Source: an uncultured Dorea sp. (GTDB taxonomy: Bacteria; Bacillota; Clostridia; Lachnospirales; Lachnospiraceae). Taken from it: 64,000 nt of DNA. Both the position numbers and the translations under genes were made by a program. Below are positions 49,086-58,946 of the stretch, piece after piece (the stretch's first letter is position 1; each line of letters starts with the position of its first letter). The notes below the pieces were generated by a model. The model saw only the letters and a list, made by a program, of their open reading frames with translations. It did not search any database and was not told where the DNA came from. The stretch is from the NCBI GenBank assembly GCA_947645355.1, contig CANSCI010000001.1:13638-77637 (forward strand). The letters run 5' to 3'.

Positions 49086-50174
49086 ATGATATCTAATCAA
49101 ATACTTCAAAATACAATTGAAGGATTGAAGGGGATTACAAGAATTGACTTTTGCGTGATGGATACAGATGGAAAGTCTCTTGCAAGTACATTTTCAGAGC
49201 AGAAGAACTATGAGGAAGAGATTGTATCCTTTGTGGAATCACCGGCGGACAGTCAGGTTGTACAGGGATATCAGTTCTTTAAGATCTTTGACGAGCATCA
49301 GCTGGAGTATATACTCCTGGCAAACGGCGGCGGGGATGATGTGTACATGCTGGGGAAGATTGCGGTCTTCCAGATACAGAATCTTCTGGTTGCCTATAAG
49401 GAGCGGTTCGACAAGGATAATTTTATAAAGAATCTTCTGCTTGATAATCTGCTTCTGGTGGACATTTACAACCGCGCCAAAAAATTACATATTGACACTG
49501 AGGTCAGACGTGTTATCTTTATTATTGAGACAAAACACGAAAAGGACAGCAGTGCCCTTGATAATGTACGGGCACTTTTGGGTGGAAAGGCCCGGGATTT
49601 TGTAACGGCGGTAGACGAAAAGAATATTATAGTTGTAAAAGAACTGGAGGCGAATGACGGACACGCAGAGCTTGAAAGAGTAGCTCAGAATTTTTACGAT
49701 CTGCTTAAAAACGATGGGGAAGAGGACATCCTGATCGCTTACGGAACTGTCGTAAATGACATTAAAGAAGTGTCGAAGTCATACAAAGAAGCAAAGCTTG
49801 CGCTTGATGTGGGTAAGATATTTTTCGGAGAGAAAAGCATTATTGCGTACAGCGCTCTTGGCATTGGGCGTCTGATCTACCAACTTCCGATCCCGCTTTG
49901 CAAAATGTTTATCCGTGAGATTTTTGAGGGGAAATCGCCGGATGATTTCGATGAGGAGACGTTGACGACCATCAACAAATTCTTTGAGAATAACCTGAAT
50001 GTTTCAGAGACCTCCAGACAGCTTTATATCCACCGAAATACGCTGGTTTATCGTCTCGACAAACTTCAGAAGAGTACAGGACTTGATCTTCGGGTGTTCG
50101 AAGATGCCATTACTTTTAAGATAGCACTTATGGTTGTGAAGTATATGAAGTACATGGAGTCGCTGGAGTATTAG
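49086..50174 (+). CDS. CdaR/PucR-family regulator
   Basis: C-terminal FFENNLNVSETSRQLYIHRNTLVYRLDKLQK.TGLDLR. Confidence 0.92.
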   Translation: MISNQILQNTIEGLKGITRIDFCVMDTDGKSLASTFSEQKNYEEEIVSFVESPADSQVVQGYQFFKIFDEHQLEYILLANGGGDDVYMLGKIAVFQIQNLLVAYKERFDKDNFIKNLLLDNLLLVDIYNRAKKLHIDTEVRRVIFIIETKHEKDSSALDNVRALLGGKARDFVTAVDEKNIIVVKELEANDGHAELERVAQNFYDLLKNDGEEDILIAYGTVVNDIKEVSKSYKEAKLALDVGKIFFGEKSIIAYSALGIGRLIYQLPIPLCKMFIREIFEGKSPDDFDEETLTTINKFFENNLNVSETSRQLYIHRNTLVYRLDKLQKSTGLDLRVFEDAITFKIALMVVKYMKYMESLEY

Positions 50175-50190
50175 TAATTAGGAGGAACAT

Positions 50191-50877
50191 ATGATTGAAT
50201 TAAAAGAAGTAACGAAAGAGTACTCAAAAGGGGTTGCCGCCCTGAATGGCATCAATCTTAAGATTGAACAGGGCGAGTTTGTTTTTATCGTAGGAGACAG
50301 CGGTTCCGGCAAGTCTACGCTGATCCGTCTTATTATGAAGGAACTGGATCCCACATCCGGGACAATAACGGTTAACGGAACGAACCTGAATCGTATGAGA
50401 CATAGAAAGATTGCAATGTACAGAAGAAACCTTGGAGTAGTGTTCCAGGATTTCCGTCTGTTGAAGGATCGGAATATCTATGAAAATATTGCATTTGCAC
50501 AGAGAGTTACAGAAACTCCCGGCAGAGTGATCAAGAAAAAGGTACCCGCAGCTCTGTCGCTGGTAGGGCTGGCACAAAAGTACAAGTCTTTCCCAAAAGA
50601 GTTATCCGGCGGAGAGCAGCAGAGAGTTGCGATTGCGAGGGCTATCGTGAATGAGCCGGCGATCCTTCTGGCCGATGAGCCTACCGGCAACCTGGATCCG
50701 ACCAATTCGTGGGAGATTATGAAGCTTCTGGAGGAAGCGAATGACAGGGGGACGACGGTAGTTGTCGTTACGCATAACCAGGAGATTGTAAACGAGATGA
50801 AGAAGCGCGTTGTGACGATGAAGAAGGGTGTTATTGTCAGCGACGAGAAAAAAGGTGGGTATAGTAATGAGGATTAG
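50191..50877 (+). CDS. ftsE: Cell division ATP-binding protein FtsE
   Basis: GDSGSGKST, GVVFQDFRLL, LSGGEQQRVAIARA, ADEPTGNLDP. Confidence 0.95.
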   Translation: MIELKEVTKEYSKGVAALNGINLKIEQGEFVFIVGDSGSGKSTLIRLIMKELDPTSGTITVNGTNLNRMRHRKIAMYRRNLGVVFQDFRLLKDRNIYENIAFAQRVTETPGRVIKKKVPAALSLVGLAQKYKSFPKELSGGEQQRVAIARAIVNEPAILLADEPTGNLDPTNSWEIMKLLEEANDRGTTVVVVTHNQEIVNEMKKRVVTMKKGVIVSDEKKGGYSNED

Positions 50878-51775
50878 TACGTTTGGATATTCGATGAAGC
50901 AGGGTGTAAAGAACATAGGAAGAAATAAGATGTTTTCCATTGCATCTATTGCGACGATGGCAGCTTGTATTTTCCTGTTCGGTCTTTTTTTCTCCATTGT
51001 AATCAATTTTAATTATATTGTGGAGAAAGCAGAGGAAGGCGTAGCAATAACGGTGCTTTTTGACGAAGGGGCAACGGATGTGCAGAAGGATAAGATCGGT
51101 AAAGAACTTGAGAATGCCGACGGAGTCCTGGAGGTAAATTACGTCAGTGCCGAAGAGGCATGGGAGTCCTTTCAGGAAAATTACTTTGGGGATTCCAAGG
51201 ACGCGGCAGAAGGGTTCAAAAATGATAATCCGCTGGCAAATTCCGACAACTATGAAGTGTACATGGCTGATGTGGCAAAGCAGAAGGACGTAGTTGAATT
51301 TGCGGAAGGACTTGAAGGCGTGCGGAAAGTCAACAAATCTGATGTGGTTGCCAAGACACTGACGAGTGTGAATAAGCTTGTAGGATACATATCAGTGGCA
51401 ATTATTGTTATTCTGCTTGCCGTTTCCATCTTTCTGATCAGCAATACAGTTACGATGGGTATCACTGTCAGGCGTGAAGAGATTGCTATTATGAAATACA
51501 TAGGGGCAAAGGACGGATTTGTCCGGGCTCCGTTCGTATTTGAAGGTCTGCTCATAGGTATCGTGGGGGCGATTATTCCACTTACGATGTTGTATTTTAT
51601 GTATGACAAGGCGGTGGATTATATTATGGGCAGGTTCAGTCTTCTGAACAACATTATTGATTTCCTGCCGGTTATGCAGGTATACAGGATTCTTCTCCCG
51701 GTCGGCATAGCCCTGGGCGTAGGTATCGGTTTTGTGGGGAGTTTCTTTACAATCAGAAAACATTTGAAAGTATAA
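50867..51775 (+). CDS. ftsX: Cell division permease FtsX
   Basis: RNKMFSIASI, LISNT...RREEIAIMKYIGA...VRAPF.FEG. Confidence 0.93.
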   Translation: MRISTFGYSMKQGVKNIGRNKMFSIASIATMAACIFLFGLFFSIVINFNYIVEKAEEGVAITVLFDEGATDVQKDKIGKELENADGVLEVNYVSAEEAWESFQENYFGDSKDAAEGFKNDNPLANSDNYEVYMADVAKQKDVVEFAEGLEGVRKVNKSDVVAKTLTSVNKLVGYISVAIIVILLAVSIFLISNTVTMGITVRREEIAIMKYIGAKDGFVRAPFVFEGLLIGIVGAIIPLTMLYFMYDKAVDYIMGRFSLLNNIIDFLPVMQVYRILLPVGIALGVGIGFVGSFFTIRKHLKV

Positions 51776-51837
51776 AGAACAAGAAGTATAAATAACAATG
51801 TACAAGGAGTATAATCAGCATTATCAGGGGGTATATT

Positions 51838-52968
51838 ATGATGCGAGGTAAGAAACTAATAAGTATTCTGCTTGTTTTTATGTTGTGTATGGGTATTGCA
51901 GTACAGGCAGAGGCTTCTGAGATCAGTGACGTAAAGAAAAAAGGTGAGGAGTTAAAATCCAAAAAGGCAGAGGCGGAAGCTGAGAAGAAATCTCTTTCTG
52001 AAGAGTTGGATTCCATTTTGGCAGATATTGAGGAGATGGAAAAAAAGATTGCCGATAAGGAGGAGGAGATTGCTCTTAAGGAAGAGGAATTGATTCAGGC
52101 TCAGATTGATGAGAATGATCAGTATGAGGACATGAAGAAGCGGATCAAATATATGTATGAGAACGGCAATACGCAGTTCTTCCAGATCCTGATCGAGTCA
52201 AAGTCAATGAGTGATTTCCTGAGTAATGCGGAGTACATCTCATCGATCTCTGAATATGACAGAGATATGCTTGTGCAGTTCCAGGAGATTGTAAAGACGG
52301 TGAAGGAACAGGAGGCAGCCCTCCAGGCAGAATATACAGAGATGGAAGGATTACAGGATGAGCTGATTGCAAAGCAGGCGTCCCTGGAGGAGCTGATTGC
52401 AAGTAAGAGTTCGGAAATCAGCAGCCTGGATGCAGAGATCGGTGAGAATGCGAAGAAGCTGGCGGCTCTGGAGGCAGCGGCAGAAGCTGCAAGAAAGGCG
52501 GCGGAGGAAGCGGCCAGGAAGCAGCAGGAGAGGGCGTCTACCTACTCAAACAGTGCAGGGGCTTCTGTGGTGAGCGGCAACGGAACTTTTACGCATCCGT
52601 GTCCGGGTTACAGCCGTATTTCGAGTACATTTGGATGGAGGAAGCAGCCGCTTCCGGGAGCAAGTACGAATCATAAGGGGATAGATTTTGCAGCGCCTAC
52701 CGGGACACCTGTTTATGCTGCGGCCGGGGGTACAGTCGTCTCTTCGGGATACAGCGGAAAGGCCGGGAACCGTATTGTAATTAATCACGGGAACGGACTT
52801 CAGACGATATATATGCACTGCCATAAGCTCTATGTGAAGGCCGGGACATCCGTCAGCAAGGGGCAGAATATAGCGGCAGTAGGAACTACCGGTAATTCCA
52901 CCGGTCCGCATCTTCATTTTCAGGTGATGTCTGGGGGGACTCCGGTGAATCCGATGAATTATCTCTAA
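51838..52968 (+). CDS. Coiled-coil + M23 peptidoglycan endopeptidase (FtsEX partner)
   Basis: Signal peptide, long coiled coil, HKGIDF and STGPHLHF. Confidence 0.92.
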   Translation: MMRGKKLISILLVFMLCMGIAVQAEASEISDVKKKGEELKSKKAEAEAEKKSLSEELDSILADIEEMEKKIADKEEEIALKEEELIQAQIDENDQYEDMKKRIKYMYENGNTQFFQILIESKSMSDFLSNAEYISSISEYDRDMLVQFQEIVKTVKEQEAALQAEYTEMEGLQDELIAKQASLEELIASKSSEISSLDAEIGENAKKLAALEAAAEAARKAAEEAARKQQERASTYSNSAGASVVSGNGTFTHPCPGYSRISSTFGWRKQPLPGASTNHKGIDFAAPTGTPVYAAAGGTVVSSGYSGKAGNRIVINHGNGLQTIYMHCHKLYVKAGTSVSKGQNIAAVGTTGNSTGPHLHFQVMSGGTPVNPMNYL

Positions 52969-52989
52969 GATAGATAGGGTGGAAGAATT

Positions 52990-54150
52990 TTGAACAATAA
53001 AAAAAGATTTATACAGGGGGCGCTTCTGGGCGCCCTCGTAACTTTGCTGATGACAGGGATCATTTCTTTTTGGTTCGGGCCGAAGGCTGTTTCCCTAAGG
53101 ACGGCATACAAGCTGTCTCAGCTGAACCGATTGATTCATGAAAATTATCTTGGCGAGGCAGAAGAGGATGCCCTGGGAGAGGGGATCTATAAAGGCTATC
53201 TGGAGGCTCTGGATGACCAGTATTCTAAATATTATGATGCAGAAGAGACCAGTCAGCTGAATGAGAACATCAGCGGGCAGTTCAACGGGATCGGCGCATT
53301 GTTGAGCCAGGACAAAGATACCGGTGTTATAACCCTGATACGGGTCTATGACGATTCCCCGGCTATGAAGGCGGGGCTTGAGGATGGTGATGTCCTGTAT
53401 AAGGTGGAAGGCAGTGAGGTAACTGGCAGGGATATCAATAAGGTTGTCGCAGAGCTGAAAGGTGAAAAGGGGACAGAGGTCACTCTTACTGTCATCCGGG
53501 GGAATGATAACCGGGAACTTACAGTCACTGCTGTCAGAGATGTGGTAAAGAAGCAGACGGTTGATTACCGGATGCTGGAAGATGATATCGCGTATGTTGC
53601 CGTATCGGAGTTTGATTCTGTCACTTATGACCAATATAAGGAAGCCCTGGATGATCTGGAGAATCAGGGGGCCAGGGGATTAGTGATTGATCTTCGCAAT
53701 AATCCGGGAGGGAGTCTGGAGATAGCCTGTGAGATGCTTGACTTAATTCTTCCCAAGGGATTGATTGTATATACAGAGGATAAAAACGGATACCGGAAAG
53801 AATATACTTCCGACAGCAGTGAGCGTATGAAGCTTCCTTTGGCTGTTCTTATTAACGGCCAGAGCGCCAGTGCGTCTGAGATATTTGCGGGGGCCATCCA
53901 GGATTATGAAAAGGGGAAGATCGTCGGAACCCAGAGTTACGGCAAAGGAGTTGTCCAGGGGGTGTTTGATCTGGGAGACGGTACCTGTGTGAAACTGACG
54001 ACCTCCGAATATTTTACCCCGAAGGGGAGGCATATCGACGGCAAGGGAGTGACTCCCGACATAGAGGTAGAGTATGAATACGATGAAAAGCATCCGGAGG
54101 CTGACAATCAGCTTGAAAAGGCTGTAGAGGCAGTTAAAAAGGAACAGTGA
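52990..54150 (+). CDS. S41 family C-terminal processing peptidase (PDZ)
   Basis: GIGA, DLRNNPGG, SASASEI, YGKG.VQ. Confidence 0.93.
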   Translation: MNNKKRFIQGALLGALVTLLMTGIISFWFGPKAVSLRTAYKLSQLNRLIHENYLGEAEEDALGEGIYKGYLEALDDQYSKYYDAEETSQLNENISGQFNGIGALLSQDKDTGVITLIRVYDDSPAMKAGLEDGDVLYKVEGSEVTGRDINKVVAELKGEKGTEVTLTVIRGNDNRELTVTAVRDVVKKQTVDYRMLEDDIAYVAVSEFDSVTYDQYKEALDDLENQGARGLVIDLRNNPGGSLEIACEMLDLILPKGLIVYTEDKNGYRKEYTSDSSERMKLPLAVLINGQSASASEIFAGAIQDYEKGKIVGTQSYGKGVVQGVFDLGDGTCVKLTTSEYFTPKGRHIDGKGVTPDIEVEYEYDEKHPEADNQLEKAVEAVKKEQ

Positions 54151-54156
54151 TGATTG

Positions 54157-54190
54157 AAAGGGAATGTCAAAACGGGCATTCCCTTTTTTT
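54157..54190 (+). terminator. Intrinsic terminator
   Basis: aaagggaatgtc-aaaacg-ggcattccc-ttttttt. Confidence 0.8.
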
Positions 54191-54254
54191 GTGCTTTATG
54201 ATAAAATAAAATGCAATATGAATGGAAACGGCACAGCCAGAAAGGATTGCAGGT

Positions 54255-55535
54255 ATGACGATATTGATAAAAAACGGACATGTGGTGGATCCGCTTACCG
54301 GGAGAGACGGCTGCTTCCAGGTTCTGATCGAGGATGACAGAATCAGGGAGGTAGCAGAGTTTATAGAGAAAGAGGCGGATGAAGTGATTGATGCCGGGGG
54401 ATGCTATGTGCTGCCCGGCTTGATTGACCTGCACGTACATTTGAGGGATCCGGGACTTGAATACAAGGAAACGTTGGAGACCGGAGGAAAGGCGGCAGTA
54501 AAAGGCGGTGTGACCACCGTGTGTGCCATGCCTAATACCAGACCTGTGATTGACGACGGTGAGAAAGCGGCAGGTGTCCATGAAAGGGCGGTCCGCGAAT
54601 CCCCGGCACATGTGATTCAAATCGGGGCTGTCACAAAGGGGCAGGCAGGTGAGGTGCTGGCAGATATTGAGGGGATGGCAAAGGCCGGCTGCCGTGCTGT
54701 CAGTGAGGATGGAAAGTCTGTCATGAATGCAGCTCTGTACCGCCGGGGAATGAAAGCGGCCAGGGATGCCGGTATCTGTATATTTGCCCATTGTGAGGAT
54801 ATTACAATGGTAGAGGGCGGAGTTATGAATGATGATGAGAATGCCCGCCGTCTCGGGTTAAAGGGAATCGCCAATTCCGTGGAAGATGTGATTGTGGCGA
54901 GGGATATCTTGCTTGCAAAAGAGACGGGGGTGAGGCTCCATCTGTGCCACTGCTCAACAGCAGACAGTGTGAGGATGGTGAAGCTGGCCAAAGAAGAGGG
55001 GCTTGCGGTGACCGGCGAGGTGTGTCCGCATCATTTTATCCTGAGTTCGGATGATATCAGGGAAGATGACGGGAACTATAAGATGAATCCGCCGCTTCGC
55101 GGCCGACAAGACGTAGAGGCATTAAGACAGGGGCTGAAAGAGGGTATTATGGATGTGATTTCTACAGATCATGCGCCTCATTCCGCGGAAGAAAAGAACA
55201 AATCCATGGCTCAGGCCGCATTTGGGATCGTAGGGCTTGAAACTTCTGCGGCACTTACCTATACAGAACTTGTCCGGCCGGGGATATTGACGATGATGGA
55301 TATGGCGGAAAAGATGAGTTATCATCCGGCGCAGATACTGGGGCTTGAGGACAAAGGATCTGTGTCGGCAGGGAAGATTGCGGATCTTATGATCTTTGAT
55401 CCGGAGAAAAAGTACCGTATTGATAAAAATACGTTTGTCTCCAAAGGAAAAAATACACCGTTTGACGGATATGAAGTGTACGGAGAGGTGAAGTATACTT
55501 TTGTAGACGGGAAGCTGGTGTATCAAAGTTTGTAA
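54255..55535 (+). CDS. pyrC: Dihydroorotase
   Basis: DLHVHLRDPG, MPNT.P, HCED, KMNPPLR, TDHAPH, KNTPF. Confidence 0.95.
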   Translation: MTILIKNGHVVDPLTGRDGCFQVLIEDDRIREVAEFIEKEADEVIDAGGCYVLPGLIDLHVHLRDPGLEYKETLETGGKAAVKGGVTTVCAMPNTRPVIDDGEKAAGVHERAVRESPAHVIQIGAVTKGQAGEVLADIEGMAKAGCRAVSEDGKSVMNAALYRRGMKAARDAGICIFAHCEDITMVEGGVMNDDENARRLGLKGIANSVEDVIVARDILLAKETGVRLHLCHCSTADSVRMVKLAKEEGLAVTGEVCPHHFILSSDDIREDDGNYKMNPPLRGRQDVEALRQGLKEGIMDVISTDHAPHSAEEKNKSMAQAAFGIVGLETSAALTYTELVRPGILTMMDMAEKMSYHPAQILGLEDKGSVSAGKIADLMIFDPEKKYRIDKNTFVSKGKNTPFDGYEVYGEVKYTFVDGKLVYQSL

Positions 55536-55554
55536 TGCAGGTTTTTTTGGAGCG

Positions 55555-55569
55555 GGCGGACTTCGTCCG
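55555..55569. repeat. Second copy of the GGCGGACTTCGTCCG mini-hairpin
   Basis: Identical 15-mer to 13006-13020. Both copies are intergenic. Confidence 0.65.
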
Positions 55570-55607
55570 GTAATGATAGAACAGACAGTAGCAGGGAGGA
55601 GAAGACA

Positions 55608-56534
55608 GTGATCAACAAATTAGTGGAAAATATTAAAAGGACAGGGGCGCCTATTGTAGTAGGACTTGACCCGATGCTGAGTTATATTCCGGAGCATATA
55701 CAGAAAAAAGCATTTCAGGAGTTCGGCGAGACGCTGGAAGGTGCAGCGGAGGCCATCTGGCAGTTTAACCGTAAGATCGTAGATCAGACTTTTGATCTGA
55801 TCCCGGCGGTAAAGCCGCAGATTGCTATGTATGAGCAGTTTGGGATTCCGGGTCTTGCAGCATTTAAGAAAACAGTAGATTACTGCAAAGAGAAAGGGCT
55901 TGTAGTGATCGGGGATATTAAGAGGGGAGACATCGGCTCTACTTCAGCGGCATATGCCGCGGGTCATCTGGGGAAGGTTCAGGTAGGCAGCCGGACATAT
56001 GCGCCTTTTGATGAAGATTTCGCAACTGTGAATCCGTATCTTGGCTCTGATGGTATAAATCCATTCCTTGACGTGTGCCGGGAAGAAAAGAAGGGAATCT
56101 TTGTACTGGTCAAGACTTCCAACCCGTCCAGCGGGGAGTTCCAGGATCAGACGACAGGCGGCCGCCCGCTCTATGAACTGGTGGGAGAAAAAGTTGCGGC
56201 ATGGGGAGAAAGCTATATGGGAGATGATTACAGTTATGTGGGGGCAGTGGTGGGGGCTACCTATCCCGAGATGGGGAAGGTGCTCCGCAAAGTGATGCCG
56301 AAAGCTTATATCCTGGTTCCCGGCTATGGAGCGCAGGGCGGCAAAGGCAGGGACCTGGTACATTTCTTCAATGATGACGGACTCGGAGCGGTCGTGAACT
56401 CCTCCAGAGGGATTATAGCTGCGTATAAGCAGGAAAAGTATGCCTCTATCGGTGCAGAGAATTTCGCAGATGCGTCAAGGGCGGCAGTTGAGGATATGGC
56501 TGCCGACATAAAAGAGGCACTGGAAAACCGCTGA
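55608..56534 (+). CDS. pyrF: Orotidine-5'-phosphate decarboxylase
   Basis: VGLDP, KPQIA.YE, DIKRGDIGST, KTSNP, VVGAT, PGYGAQGG, NSSRGII. Confidence 0.95.
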   Translation: MINKLVENIKRTGAPIVVGLDPMLSYIPEHIQKKAFQEFGETLEGAAEAIWQFNRKIVDQTFDLIPAVKPQIAMYEQFGIPGLAAFKKTVDYCKEKGLVVIGDIKRGDIGSTSAAYAAGHLGKVQVGSRTYAPFDEDFATVNPYLGSDGINPFLDVCREEKKGIFVLVKTSNPSSGEFQDQTTGGRPLYELVGEKVAAWGESYMGDDYSYVGAVVGATYPEMGKVLRKVMPKAYILVPGYGAQGGKGRDLVHFFNDDGLGAVVNSSRGIIAAYKQEKYASIGAENFADASRAAVEDMAADIKEALENR

Positions 56535-56616
56535 CCAGTACACCGGAACCAATGAATAGATATTTGGGCAGATGATCAGCCGGAGTGTTAAGTGCAGGAT
56601 ATAGAAGGAGAAGGAT

Positions 56617-57402
56617 ATGGCAGACAGAAAAAAAGAGCGGGCGCAGGTAGTGTCTCAGGAAATGCTGGCAGACGGCATCTACAGCATGTGGCTTCAGACA
56701 GAGGCGGCAGGGACGGCCAGAGCGGGGCAGTTTATATCTTTGTATACAAATGATGCAGGGAAGCTTCTTCCGCGTCCCATCAGTATCTGTGAGACCGCTA
56801 AGGAAAGCGGGAAGCTTCGTGTGGTATACCGTGTGACCGGGGAGAATACAGGGACCAGGCAGTTTTCAGAGCTTAAGGCCGGGGATAGGATCGACATGCT
56901 GGGGCCTTTGGGCAATGGATTTCCCACCGGGCGTGCGGCAGGAAAAAAAGTATTCCTTATGGGGGGAGGTATCGGTGTGCCCCCGATCCTGGAGCTCTCC
57001 AGACAGATCGAATGTGGGAAGAAACAGATCATTGTGGGGTACAGGGACAGCCAGACCTTCCTGAGAGATGAGTTTGAACAGCAGGGAGAAGTCTATATAT
57101 CGACAGAGGACGGAAGTGTCGGTACAAGGGGAAATGTTATGGATACTGTCAAAGAGCTGGGTTTAGACGCAGAGATAATCTATGCCTGCGGGCCGGCTCC
57201 GATGCTGCGTGCAATCAAGGCTTACGCTGAAGCGGGACAGATAGAATGCTACGTATCCCTGGAGGAGCGGATGGCCTGCGGGATCGGGGCGTGTCTTGCC
57301 TGTGTGTGCAAGAGTAAAGAAAAGGATCCCCACAGCAATGTACATAACAAGCGCATCTGTAAAGACGGTCCGGTATTCTTATCTACGGAGGTGGAGATCT
57401 GA
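56617..57402 (+). CDS. pyrK: Dihydroorotate dehydrogenase B, electron-transfer subunit
   Basis: RPISI, GPLGNGF, GGGIG, CGP, MACGIGACLAC...CKDGPVF. Confidence 0.95.
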   Translation: MADRKKERAQVVSQEMLADGIYSMWLQTEAAGTARAGQFISLYTNDAGKLLPRPISICETAKESGKLRVVYRVTGENTGTRQFSELKAGDRIDMLGPLGNGFPTGRAAGKKVFLMGGGIGVPPILELSRQIECGKKQIIVGYRDSQTFLRDEFEQQGEVYISTEDGSVGTRGNVMDTVKELGLDAEIIYACGPAPMLRAIKAYAEAGQIECYVSLEERMACGIGACLACVCKSKEKDPHSNVHNKRICKDGPVFLSTEVEI

Positions 57403-58304
57403 TGGATATGCAAGTAAATATAGCAGGGGTAAGATGGAAGAATCCGGTAACGGTGGCTTCCGGAACCTTTGGCTCCGGTGAGGAATATTCAGAGTTCGTG
57501 GAGCTTGGCAAGCTTGGGGCAGTGACCACCAAAGGGGTGGCGAACATCCCGTGGCCGGGCAATCCTACGCCAAGGGTGGCCGAAGTGTATGGCGGTATGA
57601 TGAATGCCATCGGGCTGCAGAACCCCGGGATTGATCTGTTCTGTAAACGGGACATCCCGTTTTTGCGAAAATATGATACAAAGATTATTGTGAATGTGTG
57701 CGGAAAGTCCGTGGAGGATTATTGTGAGGTTGTACAGCGGCTTGCGGGAGAGGATGTGGACATGCTTGAGATCAATATCTCCTGTCCAAATGTGAAAGAA
57801 GGCGGGATTGCCTTCGGCCAGAATCCGAAAGCGGCGGAGGAGATTACAAAGGCAGTAAAGAAGTATGCCAAGCAGCCCGTGATCATGAAATTGAGTCCCA
57901 ATGTAACCAGTATAGCCGAGATGGCCAGGGCAGTGGAGGCAGGCGGTGCAGATGCCGTATCCCTGATTAATACCCTGACCGGAATGAAGATCGATATTCA
58001 CCGCAGGTCATTTGCCCTTGCCAATAAGACAGGCGGGGTATCAGGCCCGGTCATTCATCCGATCGCCGTGCGGATGGTATATGAAACAGCGCAGGCAGTT
58101 CAGATTCCGATTATTGGTATGGGAGGGATTGCATGCGCGGATGATGCCATAGAGATGATCCTCGCAGGGGCAAGCGCGGTGTCTGTCGGAACCGCTAATT
58201 TCTATCGTCCGTCCGCAGCGCTTGAGATCGTAGAAGGGATCCGAGGCTATATGGAAAAATATGGCTATGAAAAAGTAAAAGATATGGTCGGCCTTGTAAA
58301 ATGA
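57402..58304 (+). CDS. pyrD: Dihydroorotate dehydrogenase B, catalytic subunit
   Basis: ASGTFG, GNPTPR, NAIGLQNPG, NISCPNV, KLSPNV, LINT, GMGGI. Confidence 0.96.
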   Translation: MDMQVNIAGVRWKNPVTVASGTFGSGEEYSEFVELGKLGAVTTKGVANIPWPGNPTPRVAEVYGGMMNAIGLQNPGIDLFCKRDIPFLRKYDTKIIVNVCGKSVEDYCEVVQRLAGEDVDMLEINISCPNVKEGGIAFGQNPKAAEEITKAVKKYAKQPVIMKLSPNVTSIAEMARAVEAGGADAVSLINTLTGMKIDIHRRSFALANKTGGVSGPVIHPIAVRMVYETAQAVQIPIIGMGGIACADDAIEMILAGASAVSVGTANFYRPSAALEIVEGIRGYMEKYGYEKVKDMVGLVK

Positions 58305-58439
58305 AGCGCTTATAGATAAAGCTGATAAGTGTGCGTTTCCTATGAGAAAAATCAATTGGCTTTCGTAAACTTCCGGTTCTATACTATCTATAGATGTATC
58401 CTGGTATATTAAGGGTATGGAATAAGGAGGTAATATAGT

Positions 58440-58847
58440 ATGTCTATTACAGCTGAAACAGCGAAAGCGCATGCAAATGATCCGGCAGTATTATGCTGCA
58501 GGGCGGAAGCAGGGATCACGATTGAACCTGCTAATCTGGAGGATCCCGCAATCTTTGATGAGTTGGTAGATTCCGGCCTGTTGAATCTGGACGGGTGTCT
58601 TACGATCTCACAGGTTCTGGGGGCAAAACTTACGAAGACCAGTGATTCTCTTTGTCCGTTGACTGTGGACAATGTAGATGGGATCCAGGAGGCCGCAGCA
58701 GAAGAAGCACAAGAAACGGAAGCGGCAGAGGCGGAAGCAGTTGTGCCTGCCGTCAGTGTTGAGGGTGCAGTGATGACTGTCAAGAGCGGAAAGGTCATCA
58801 TTTCCATCAAAGAGGGAAAGGATATCTATTTGGAACTTCCAATTTAA
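58440..58847 (+). CDS. Stand-alone homologue of the N-terminal region of D-proline reductase proprotein PrdA
   Basis: MSITAETAKAHANDPAVLCCRAEAG..IEPANLEDPAIF..L.DSGLL...LTI.QVLGAKL, an Ala/Glu linker and I.IKEGKDIYLELP match the recalled PrdA N-terminus. Strong RBS (taaggagg), own terminator and a possible promoter (TTGGCT-18-TATACT, 58356-58385). Confidence 0.8.
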   Translation: MSITAETAKAHANDPAVLCCRAEAGITIEPANLEDPAIFDELVDSGLLNLDGCLTISQVLGAKLTKTSDSLCPLTVDNVDGIQEAAAEEAQETEAAEAEAVVPAVSVEGAVMTVKSGKVIISIKEGKDIYLELPI

Positions 58848-58864
58848 TCAAAGCTGCCAGCAGC

Positions 58865-58924
58865 AAAAACCGCAGAATCCCCGCCGGATGATTTTAATTT
58901 CCGGTGGGGGGTTCTGCGGTTTTT
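58865..58924. terminator. Bidirectional terminator
   Basis: aaaaaccgcagaatccccgccgga...tccggtggggggttctgcggttttt between convergent genes. Confidence 0.8.
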
Positions 58925-58946
58925 GTACCTGTTCCATTGATTCTTT

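Noticed and set aside
58330-58440. Sigma-54 (PrdR-type) promoter before mini-prdA
   Set aside because: TTGGC at 58356 lacks the GC at the required -12 spacing.
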